A stretch of DNA of 44,021 nt, counting the filler, from Sphacelaria rigidula (Eukaryota), in NCBI GenBank assembly GCA_964200075.2. It is 2 parts of 2 records of this genome, joined end to end, with 100 filler letters (N's around TTAATTAATTAA, not from the genome) between each part and the next. Parts side by side here need not be neighbours in the genome. Positions count along the whole stretch, not along the records: positions 22,062 to 44,021 come from CAXNAA020000370.1; 1 more part is not named here. One strand, 5' to 3'. Below the pieces are notes generated by a model. The model was not told where the DNA came from, ran no database searches, and saw nothing but the letters and a program-made list of their open reading frames with translations. Positions 25,005 through 35,714 of the stretch are shown here, in pieces. The stretch's first letter is position 1; the number at the start of each line of letters is the position of its first letter. Made by a program: the position numbers and the translations under genes.

Positions 25005-26306
25005 CTCCACTGAGCATGATTCTGATTCAATTTTCAAGTGACCTGTAAACGGCAAGAGGTGGCATCTCCGACGGTCAAAGGGTCACGAAGAGACCCCGTT
25101 TCTCTCAAAGCAAGTGAAAAAGTGCACCTGTCTCAGAGCCTGGGAACGATTTTGACAGTCCTGTGTGCGGTGTGACATGGACGCACGGAGGGTCTACCGC
25201 GATGGCGAGGAAAGAAGGCGGAAAACACCATACAGAGCACTGCCGTGGAAGCGATGCTCCCGAAACCTCCTGAAGGGGAATCATGCAATGCTGCTTTGTC
25301 AGAGCTTGAGAGAACGAAATGACCCCGTTTCGGTGTACTCTAAAATCAAGTAAGAGTAACTGCTCACCTCTCTGAGCCCACTCGTTCTCGTGAACAAATG
25401 AAGAAGATTTTTTTTTCCAATTTCCACCTAGTCATGGCGCTAGAGCTGAACAACTGTGTATTTTGGCCCAATGACAGTCGATAGAATTCCCCTGATGAAC
25501 GAGGTGCTTACTCCGTATCACCCCAACAACACCACTTGAGGATTGTGCCATGGGCGCGACCTGTTTTCTTTTCCCAATATCTATCAACCCTGGGGCATTC
25601 GAGGGCTAAGGGAAAATTATATACGATAAAAACAAGATTAAAACGTACCCAAATACGAAAAATGCTCAACCGAGCTTTGCATAGCATATAGGGGGATGAA
25701 CCAATCTCGATCGCTCGCGTGAACATCTTTACAAACTCATATTTTTTAGTTTTGCGCATCCATCGCTCTAGAGCCGAAAAGCAATGTGTTTTGAACCATA
25801 AACGGTCAAGAACACCCCGTCAACTCAGCCCGTAAGTCGTTCAAGACAGAGCGCAGAGATCATTATTGTTCCGGAATATGAGGCGGATACTTAGTTTCTT
25901 CTCATCCCCAAACTTCGGGGTCAAACGTTCACTTGGATGAGCGGTGGCACGTGAAAAACTGTTGAAAATCGTCAACTACGAGAAAACTGAAAAAATCCCC
26001 TACTTCAGCTGCCAGCTACTATATGCTACCCATCTCTCCGGAGCATGGTGATCGATGGTGTGGAGTTTTTGTTTCAACTGCCACCAGTTTCCTCAGTATT
26101 GTGGTACGTGGGTCGTACCTTCATGTGATATCTGGCGGCTGCATTTTTCGAGCCGAACTTCAATAATGGCAGCTGACCTGACGTTCCTCGTTCTGTATAT
26201 TCAACAGTACAGCAACGGCGGGCGATTGAGTCTTCCGTTCCGCCGATGACTCGTTTCATAATCATAGCTTGATGAGATGCGTCGTATTGATACATGATCA
26301 TCCAAC

Positions 26307-27060
26307 CTTGCTTAATGTCATAACAAGCCATGACCAAGGAGAGTCTTCAAACGGAGCATTATTGAAGGCAAAGGTGTACATGGGAAACCTGAAGGAACCA
26401 CATTAAAAGCAAGGGGGGTGGTATGATATGCAAGCACTCAACAAGTCAGATCTCTCGACTTCCAAGCTGTTTGACATTTCTACAGCATAAAGTTGAGATA
26501 CACAACTTCGATCTAGCTATGCAGTCCGCAGCATCGAATCGCTGAATTGCTGAATCCTACCACCGCATGATGAGGCAACGCCATGCTTGCTTCACACACC
26601 ACGCAGAGACTACAGTACTTTTGTCCTTGCTCACGTGAGGAGCCAACACTATGCCTGCTTTGCACACCATGCAGCGGTTGCTGTACCCTCTATACCTGCC
26701 GTGCGGTGCAGCTCGAATGAAGCAACACTGTTCTTCTTTTTCACACACAGTCGGATTCAGCAAGGTCCGCTAGATTTGAAATGGTATTCCCTTATTCGCG
26801 TATCCGGTGAAATGTCACCCTTTCGGCTTTACGACACGCTACCGTTCATGATTTGTGACGATGCTATTGAGGATGGCTGTATCGTATACGGTCTGCACTA
26901 TTTGCTGGGTGCTACAATTGTCCCACCCGTAAATCACAGATCCATTTGCAGTGCGCTTTAGCAGTCGAAAAAATCCAAAGAAGGAAGAGGAACCGGCTAA
27001 TTGTGAATTTTTACCTCGACAATGTATTCAGGCTGAAAGTTATGAGTGTTTTTACGTTTT
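26307..27060 (-). pseudogene. Three phase-compatible exons (27015-27060, 26696-26892, 26307-26388) of an unknown gene, with 3 in-frame stops
   Basis: All junctions are CAG|..|GT and phases chain; reads KRKNTHNFQPEYIVE/TVYDTAILNSIVTNHER*..G*HFTGYANKGIPFQI*RTLLNP..AAPHGR/FPMYTFAFNNAPFEDSPWSWLVMTLSK. Confidence 0.45.
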
Positions 27061-27791
27061 CTGAGGTGACAAACAGCGGCGAATGACCGTCGAACGTCAG
27101 ACGTAGGACTACGCATGCCGAAGATTGTGAGGTGTCACCTCTGCTATGTACCGTTAACCGGAGTACATAGTAGAGGTACGCGTGATTTATCTTCAATGAT
27201 GTGGCCACTACACCAGAACAGCAGGAGTGATCCAAATACGATTATCTTCACAGCAAAAGGGTCCACCGAGATTTTTCCTGTGACGTCGAGTACCGAATGT
27301 ATGTGATACACTCATCAAACGCTTGCCCCCGACTGCTGCACTCCACGCACAACCTTGTTGCGTGACTGAGGGCGCCTGATGCCGTTAATCTTGCCGTCCG
27401 CTACTGCGCGAGGCTGTGTTGTCTGATGCCGAAATGCTGCCCTGTAAAATGTGGGTAAACTGTGCTGTACTCTGTATGCCATTCTACCGTACTCAGAAAT
27501 TGCGAGGTTAGACGGGACCAAAACGAGTATTCAGCGTATCTTCTCTTGGGGGCGCGGGTCATCGGTGCACTCTCTGCATTATTTTCAGAGAAAATCAGGG
27601 TAGCTCCCATATGGCCTATCCTATCTCCGATGATGAAAGGGGGGGGTATCCGTCACGCACCCATGCGCCAACACCGCCACAATACAGGGGGTTAGGGCAT
27701 GCCGGTGCGATGGCTCTGGGCTATGAGCTATTTTACCACGACTCGTGTCGGAAATTAGAGTCGATCGTTTAGTTTTTGTTTTACACACCCC

Positions 27792-28560
27792 ATGTGTGAC
27801 AGCCCTGGACCGGAACACCGTTCTTTCCACTATCAAGTGGAAGAATTGCAACCAAGCGTACTTGTAGGAGATGCGACTCGAGTTGTGCCAACCGTTCGAA
27901 GCATTCCGGGGCCGGAGACAGCTATTGTCGTCATGGAGTTGGTCGAGTCATTCATCTCTTCAGCTTCAGTGACAACTTTAATCTTGGAATGCACGACTGT
28001 GATGGTGAGCTCTTCCAGCTGGGAGGAACTCATTGTTCTCTTGTTGAGCGGAGCTGCTTGTTTCACTGAGTTCGCTTCCGTCTCGGCCGTACAGGTGGGC
28101 ACACCTTATCGGAAGAGACGAGCATACGTAGTCGCAGTGTTAGCTAGCTGTAGACGAAATGTGCAACTGCAAGCGTGGAAGCGATGTCTTCAAGCGTACG
28201 CTGTCTCCTGTCCCCCGTTGGGACATATGTTGGGTTGGACAAAAACCTACTGTTTGGGGCCGACGGGACAAGGTAGGTCGATTCACACGCTCGAGGAACC
28301 TATGTCCACGTTGTCTAGGTCTCGTTTGGCGAGAGGTGAACCGAGACGCGAGGGATTCACACCTCACGAGGCCGACGCGGGGTGCTGGGAAGAAGCAGTC
28401 GAACTGGGGAGTCGATTTCGTGAGAGTAGCTTCGACTCCCGACTGTCACGACACATCGTCCACAGTCAATGACGATGCGATGCCGGAGATTGTGGCGAGT
28501 TTCGTTCACCCTTAGATGATGAAGGCAGTTCTGGCCAGTTTCAAGGCTGAAGGTTTGTTG
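27792..28560 (+). pseudogene. C5 cytosine DNA methyltransferase-like domain in retrotransposon pol; degenerate, catalytic motif lost
   Basis: VLVGDATR (motif IV position, no PC), LILECTTVMVSS (VI, canonical ENV), VSAVQVGTPYRKRRAYVVAV (VIII), RSIHTLEEPMSTL, frameshift near 28410, then EIVASFVHP*MMKAVL (X). Confidence 0.65.
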
Positions 28561-28949
28561 AACCCGACCCAGATTCGAAGTCACGTGAGTGGAGGTCTGA
28601 GTATATTGGCAGCGCTGTGACTACATGCCGAGGCGGGTGTGCAGGGAGATGGGGAAGCCGCTGTTACCTGTTCGTCGACTCGAGATTACAACCAGGAGTC
28701 CGGTCAAGACGAGTGTAGTGAGGAAGTTTCGCCTGAAGAGCCGCAGTTGCGAGGTGAAAGTGGACCCAAAACAGTTCTCGATCAGACGAGAGCGGTTTTG
28801 TTGCACAACCTGTGGCTAGCGCAGTTCCAAGAACGGGGCTCGCGGCTTGAGCACGTCAAAGATACATTACTTCAGAAGGGTCGAAGTGAGAAGACCAAGC
28901 AGGAGCAGGCAGCGTATGTTCTAGATGATGAGCCTATCGTGGCATAGAT

Positions 28950-29232
28950 CACCTAGAGCACCAGCTAAATTGGCTCTTCCACGCAGTTTGGTGCCCGGCT
29001 TGCTGGCATTAGCGCACATAACGTACGGGCATGCTGGGGTGATGAGAACAACCGCGTGATCAGGGCACGATATGAGTGGCGCAGCCTCTTTGCTGACACT
29101 CAACTCACGAATATGCACCGTCTTGCATGGGACGTGATGGAGATGGATGTATCCAGATGTGAATCTCCACTGCGAGGAACAGGTGCCTGTTGATGGTAGA
29201 CAGGACGACCAAGTTCCTCTTAGTTTTCCCAC
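28950..29232 (+). pseudogene. Ty3/Gypsy integrase relic (zinc-binding domain and start of the DDE core)
   Basis: KLALPRSLVPGLLALAHITYGHAGVMRTT, frameshift, IRARYEWRSLFADT..EYAPSC; then WDVMEMDV and CLLMVDRTTKFLFSFP; internally deleted. Confidence 0.88.
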
Positions 29233-29423
29233 CAGTGGCCAACATCACCTGACCTGTAGCTAAGTGCCTACTTCAGCTTTTCTTGACGTCTCCGGATCCC
29301 AAATTTCATTTGGGGTGACGCTTCTGGAGAGTTCACTTCGGAAGTAGTCAACCATACGTGCCAGTAAACGACGGTGAAGCTAGATCATGGTCCAGCTGAT
29401 CATCCTCGCGGTCAAGGTGCAGT

Positions 29424-29553
29424 AGGAAGGGGCGGGGTGTGGCTACACGTTATCTTGGCCGAGATATGCAAGTAGTGACCTAAAAGCTGTGACGACTTCG
29501 TAGATCCCGCAGGTATGGGCTCATCACACTACCCCCGATCCGTCACTGCCACA
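29424..29553 (+). repeat. Polypurine tract and short 3' LTR remnant
   Basis: AGGAAGGGGCGGGG (29424-29437) is followed immediately by TGTGGC (29438) ... GCCACA (29553), a 6-bp terminal inverted repeat with TG..CA ends. Confidence 0.6.
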
Positions 29554-30831
29554 CAACCCCACGCCGTTCGAGCTGCTTTTCGGGCGCGAGCCTCGCGCCC
29601 AACTAGACGATGTGTCACCGGAAGTAGAGTCGCCCCCATTGAATCTGAAGTGAAGATCAAGATTCCAAATGCAGCGGGTCTGAGAGGGGAGGGTTGGCAT
29701 CGGAAGCGGGTAACGACCGCGACAACGATTTCGCGTGTTGATTGAATACGTTGGGGAAGAATCAAGGGTTTCTTCCGGTGGATATTCTCCACGCAACGTT
29801 TACATCATTCAAGGGTTTCTCGTGCCAAAGGCAAAAACTTTCAGCTACCGTGCCTTATTATACAAGTATCGTGATACGTGGTAGGTGCATGATGCGATGC
29901 GTTCTCATGCTTGACGGGCTGCATACTGGAATCAAGTTTTTGCTGTATGATGTGCTGCATAAGGTGGTGGTACTGGTCAAAAATAAAATTCATTGCCTGA
30001 AAATAGTGTTTGCGCTGAATTCGACTCGTACCTATGAACGCACAGCTGGGGAGAATTGTTTCGCCGGCCACTCATTGTTTATTCTCATAACGGTTTGAAC
30101 ACCTCCGTACTTCCCTAGATATTGACAAATACCGCCCGAGGCCAGCCTGCGTAATGCATTTTTGACACCTAGTTCGTCTGGGCAAACTACCGCACGCAGC
30201 GAGTGTGAGGTTGTGAGAACAACCTTGGAACAACTGCAATATATTACATATGTGAAAGGAACAGTATAATCGACACTTTATCGCAACATGAAGTGCGACG
30301 AGGGGGGGGCGGGCTTCGTGGGTGCTATTGTGTGTACCACGCCACTCGCGCAGACCAGCTACATGATGTTGAGAGATTCTACTTTTGTGGCAATACATGG
30401 CTTGATACGTCCCCAAGGCAGCGCACGTGACGTTAAGATAATCAGAGTTATACTGGAAAAGGCTTCGCAGGTTCGCCCATACATCGCCAAAGGATCACCT
30501 TGAATAAAGTTCGATAACGTGCTGGAAGCATTGACTTCAAAACCCGCTTGACTTGAATTTAGTACGAACTGTGCCCACGCAAATACGTTCTGGATGTCGC
30601 TGTGCTGGTTTCAATTGCAGGGATCTCCTGTGCTAGGTAGTCTATTGAAACAAAAGATATGCATGATCAATCAGTCACAAGAAATCCATCTTGCAAGGCA
30701 TGACTGAATTATATCCATGCCCCGAATCAAACAACGCACGCCAGAAGTTGGACAACCTCAAAGTTACCGGGACGTTAAGGGGTACTTGACTAGCTTCTAT
30801 AGCGCCCGTACTTCAACACTGACTGCACAGT

Positions 30832-31068
30832 GCCCCCCGGTGGTGTAATGGTCCGACTGTAGCCATTAGGGTGGAGAGAACGGGGGTTCGATTCCCGATG
30901 CGTTGTCGAATGGGTTTGTGTGACGTGAGTTGCGGCGGTGTGGCAGTGCTTATCCAACCGCGAGACCAAAATGCAAGGCGCGTACCGGGGGAAAGATGGG
31001 TTGATCCCTTGAGACCACGGACTCATCCCGAGGAAGGGGACGTGTTCAAAGTGTGAGGGAAAAAAAAA
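30832..31068 (+). mobile_element. SINE family A copy lacking the 5' module
   Basis: A box TGGTGTAATGG, B box GGTTCGATTCC, central module, 3' core and A9 tail; clearly homologous to 233-535. Confidence 0.88.
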
Positions 31069-31271
31069 TGTTGTGCTTGCCCTCAAAGACGAAGAGCAGG
31101 CTGGTCGGCAAGATATAAAATACAAACAAGTACACAATGACATGATACCTCCTTCAAGTGCAACAAACGCAGAAGCTGTGAATAAATGTACTACCCTGCC
31201 CAGGAAGCGAGGATCCGCCAGCGATAGCAATGTCTGGCAAAACCGCTGTGCTCCATATGCTGTCTTTCGTG

Positions 31272-31461
31272 AACGTTTCACACCTTGGACAATAGACTAT
31301 ATGGTCAATAGTTGCAATAGACAAGAAAAGAACTGCATAAAAGTATAGGCCTATTGCGGCTATTGTCGGCCGGCAATAGTTGCAATAGGCCTATACCTCA
31401 TGCAGTACACTTCTCGTCTGTTGCATCTATTGACCATATTTTGTCCGAGGTGTGGAACGTT
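31272..31461. repeat. Loopless imperfect palindrome of about 190 bp
   Basis: Centre CGG|CCG at 31369/31370; GTATAGGCCTATTGC..CTATTG and ATATGGTCAATAG.TGCAA are mirrored out to AACGTT.CACACCT.GGACA. Confidence 0.88.
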
Positions 31462-32355
31462 TCGACCGCATCTTCTATGCTCAACACCGTGCACGTAGTT
31501 GACATTTCAACCAACACCGCTAACGGAAATCACTCAACATGCGCGGTATAGCCAAGACACACAGCTACCGATGACTGTCATTGCCGATGTGATATACCCT
31601 TGTCGACAGTGAGTAACTGGAAGTGAAGTTAAAGGCACGACCTGCGAACATCGCGCTATGTACAAAGGTTGGGAGCGCAAGTTTGGCCTCAAACGATGGC
31701 TGGAAGCAAATTTCGGTTGCACGTGCAGGGGCGTGGCGCTGAGTTTCTTGTGATGCGACTTACGTGCTATCGCAGCTTGGAAGGGCAGGATGGAGAATGG
31801 CTTCAGGTTCGTACAAACATCGACATCTGGTGTTGATGTTTTCAAGCAGACACGCATCGCCGAGTTGTCTGCTGCACTCGGTGGAATTGAGTCGGAGCTC
31901 ACTGAGGATGTACTTTCAGATATTTCTTGCACGTGTATTCCCACATGTTGGTGATTACACGCTGAATCGTTTGTTATTACTCCGTCGCCCCTTGTTTGTT
32001 AGGGGGTGTACTCGTGAGCATGCATGTCGTAGTAATAAGACCATTGTTCGTTAGGGAAGAGTAGATTACGTGTCCTCATTGTCTGAGAATCACTGGTAAC
32101 TATGAAGGAAATCCGGTGGGCCCCACCAACTGCAGGCCAGGAGCCATAGCCCGCAAATGTGAGTTCGCCGAAGGCGAGGCTGAGGAGCGAGGAGGGGGGA
32201 GGGGGGTTACCCGAGTTTTCAGAGGTGGGTACCCCCTGAATACCATCGGATGTTGTCGATAGTAAGTGATGTATAGTGCCAGAACTTTGCACGGGATACG
32301 TGCCGTGCGTTCAGCAGCCCAACCGCAGCTAGGGCCAAGGCAAGTGGTGAGTGAT

Positions 32356-32527
32356 CACACTGAAACCGAGCACCTCAGCACGCTGGAACCAACGAGTTAT
32401 CGATTATACTGAAACCAAGTAGCTTTTGACCACATTGAAATCAAGTAGTTATTGCCTGCACTGAAATCAAGGATACTTTGCACTACACTAAACCCAAGTA
32501 ATTTAATCCACACTACGCTCAAGTGAT
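32356..32527. repeat. Degenerate tandem repeat of about 26 bp
   Basis: Recurring CACTGAAA(T/C)CAAG motif, about 6 copies. Confidence 0.65.
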
Positions 32528-33538
32528 ACCTGTGCATAGCAATAAAAATATGATCATACAAGCGCCATAATCAAAAAGTGTGATCATCTTTTCGATCTTG
32601 CGCCAGAGTACTGTTGGAGTCCAGAGTCCTACCCAACACAGGCAGGACACCAAAACCTTTTGGTTTCAAGTTGCTCACGCACAGGCGACCGACCCATGGA
32701 TAACGACGGCGTTGTCTATTCCATGCAGTGGTGGAGAAACGGGAAGAAGAGGTTTCTCCTCTAGTGTTCCAGTTTTCCTCATTTCTCGACAGCCTCCCAG
32801 GGCGGGACTGTGGCTCCTGGCCTGCAGTTGGCAGGGCCTGTTGGCAAACCCGTAGTTCCTTCGGAATATGGATGATGGCGACAGAAACTATCAATCCTAG
32901 GCAAAACAACACAGTGCGCCGACAGCCACAGAAGTTGGAGCGCCAAATAATTTCCCAGTACGTGCTATCTTGGCGGATGGATCGACAAAATACATGCACG
33001 TATCCGGAAATGGCATAACACACGATGCACTCCCTATGCATGAGTACTACAAGAGACGGCGGTGTCCCCTGAGGATGACATGAAGTGCCCCTCTCATGAA
33101 AAAGTGTGGAAGATTACCTTCCATGCACTCAAGTGGGCACACACGTGGAAACTACTCGCTGCTGAAGGCCGTAAAGTCATGAAGAATGAAGCCGCCTGGA
33201 AATCTGCAACGACCTGCTGCTGCGGTCGCATCTAAACGCAGCTGTGTGGAATACGGGTGGTCGCTGTCGCAATGACAACGAATCAGAAGCAAGCTTCCTT
33301 CCCCCCCACCCACCCGGCACCCCCGCGTCTCAATCTGAGCTACTCAGTACGTTAAGCATACAATGTACTCGTAGTTAACATTTAAGGGTGGACAGCCAAC
33401 CGAACGTGCTGTCAACTTTGGAGGCGTGAATTGCGCTTCGTCTATTACAAGTGAAGTGATACCTGCAGGTATCCACCGTGCGCAGTCGTGCGGTGTTGTC
33501 TATACTGTCTGCTCACTCTTCACTGTACTGTACCATAG

Positions 33539-34025
33539 GGATCCACATGGGGCTGACCTGTACATCCGTAGCCTCAATCTTGAGAGGGTAACCCTCAACG
33601 GCGCCTTTGATTGGGGATCGCAGGACATTGTGCGTGAGTAACCTCATCCTCGCGTTCTCCCCTCAGATGTTCAAGCGCGTCAAATGCTGTCGAGCGTGAC
33701 GTACGTAGGTCTGTCAATGATACGCAAGAGTATTTCACCGGCAACGGGACTGTGCATACAATGTTTGATCGAATATATTGACGAAAAACGGTAAAACGAG
33801 GCTCATCAGCGCTCACACACCTACTGCTGCTGCTACCTAAGCATGCTCACTGCTACTGCTGCTTCCTGTAGTACATTTGAAGACAATGACACGCTGGAAA
33901 TAGGCTCGCTGAGTGTGCAGTTGATTGCTGGCCGGAACATTGAGCTACCCGGCACCGGCGGGTACATGGACATGCTGCTCAACTCCCTGGAGCAGGCACA
34001 TCCTTACTGCAGAGTGACGCTCGGG
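33539..34025 (+). CDS. Exons of a C2-domain-containing gene (33539-33633, 33667-33700, 33872-34025); functionality uncertain
   Basis: Exon 33872-34025 (TGTAG|...GGG|GTATGT) encodes TFEDNDTLEIGSLSVQLIAGRNIELPG...QAHPYCRVTLG, matching the C2 pattern GxLxVxVxxARNL...DPYxxVxL; the upstream exons are phase-compatible. Confidence 0.6.
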
Positions 34026-34482
34026 GTATGTGAGCTGCCCGAGATAGACATGGTAGACTCAGTCATTGAGACTGAGTTTTCGGGTGGTATTGTTGGTTAG
34101 ACTGAGTGAGGACTGAGGCTGAGCGCCATCGCCCTGGACGTGCCTTGTCACAAGTGTTTACGAATAATCACGGACAAATATCGGTTTTGTCAATAGATTG
34201 AACATGATTCCATACAGTTTGCACGGGGTATAACACACCCCCTGGGTGGTGAGAATAAGAATTCAACCCTGGAGAAAGAATATCACGTGTCGCACCCACT
34301 ACATCCATAGAAGGGAATAGAAAAGGCGAAAAATCATGGTATTTCAGATAAGCGTGGGTCAGAGTTTGCGATTCTCGTGTGGGAGATGCCAAACTTAGAG
34401 AGGATGGCATGGCAGGATGTTGAACGAGTGTAGAGCGGGTAGAAGGTGCACGTCAAAAATTGAAAACGACACCCACGTCATA

Positions 34483-35273
34483 CGAGCTGGGCCGGCCTAA
34501 AAACGGCTTTAAGCTCTAAATGCTGTATCTCATCGACACCGGCGAGTTGGGCCGTGATCCGCATATCGTAATAATCGTCTAATCAAGGGAAAGGTGCCCA
34601 TCTGCTCAAAAAATTGGGCCCATACTTTCTCGTTGATTATACCCCATATCAAGTAATTCCTATACCTAAGAGAGATAGCGCCAATATTAAAATCTCTGCA
34701 TACCCTGGACAGTAGGAATCTCTGTGAAACTCCCGATCGATGCATTTAGCGGATGGCGACGAAAATTGGTGTGGAGAACGACAAAAGAGTGCCGAATAAA
34801 AACAAAATGGGCCTTCATTTTTTTTTTCCATAGAGGTTAGGGCGTTTCAAGGAATAAATGGTCTTCGCCATCGTAGAACGCCCTGAACCAGTGACAAAAA
34901 TTGAAAAAAAATCAACCTGACCCACTTTTTCTTGTTGATTATGCCTGAAAGGCGAGCCTACGTCTGTGACCACGGGTTCGCGAGATCGGACTAATGTGCG
35001 GAAATAGTAATAATATAATAATATGCCTTAAAGAGCGCCCACACAAATTTTCAACACACGAAAACCAAACATGGGCCGGTGAGTGCCTGCGAAATACTGT
35101 TCCGAATTTTTACCGACCCAGTTTTTGAGAGGCCCATGCTCCCGCGAGTATTTAGAGTTGGACCGTAAAATTTGGTATTAATTGTCCATACCAAATTTCA
35201 GGGTCCAACTCTAAATACTCGCGGGAGCATGGGCTTGCAAATCTCAAATCCGCCTCTAGGCTGGCCCAGCTCG
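34483..35273. mobile_element. Tc1/mariner-like MITE, 791 bp
   Basis: TA|CGAGCTGGGCCGGCCTA ... TAGGCTGGCCCAGCTCG|TA; 17-bp TIR with 1 mismatch and intact TA TSDs. Confidence 0.9.
35132..35234. repeat. Near-perfect 103-nt hairpin
   Basis: 33-bp perfect outer stem GCCCATGCTCCCGCGAGTATTTAGAGTTGGACC plus a 14-bp near-perfect inner stem and a 9-nt loop. Confidence 0.95.
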
Positions 35274-35714
35274 TAGAATGGCCGAATAACCCTTTGGAAA
35301 CCCTCCCCGTCTGTCCCTGGCCCAGACGTCTCATTATATCAAGCCCTGACACAGAAGGAAAAAGGTAACAGAAAACACGGACGGCAACGATTTTCACAGC
35401 GGAAGGCCACAGAAGAATCCACCAGCATACGCCATGCTCGCACCAAAAGTGTCACCCCGGTTCAGTCGGATTGGTTTTATCCAGTGAGGGACGCAATGGG
35501 CCAAGTCTGTTCAAGTTTGTGCACACAGCCAAAATCAACACCACCTGTCTATTTTCTATTTACGGAGTCCCGTGCAGCACTGGAACACAATTTTATAAGG
35601 GTCTGAAAAACACGATCGGGGCTAATAGTTTTGCGTGAAAGCTGTAAATAATCAACACATATGTCGTTCGAAAAACAGGCAGCGGGTCCATGGGTACGGC
35701 TCAAATTATATAAC

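Larger units (their letters stand above)
27700..29553 (+). mobile_element. 5'-truncated degenerate Ty3/Gypsy LTR retrotransposon
   Basis: MTase-like domain, integrase, polypurine tract and LTR-like end are collinear on one strand; no RT/RNase H seen; 5' limit approximate. Confidence 0.8.

Noticed and set aside
32053-32160. HDV-like ribozyme or LINE 5' UTR
   Set aside because: Could not assign P1/P2/P3/P1.1 pairings on either strand, and there is no adjacent RT ORF.
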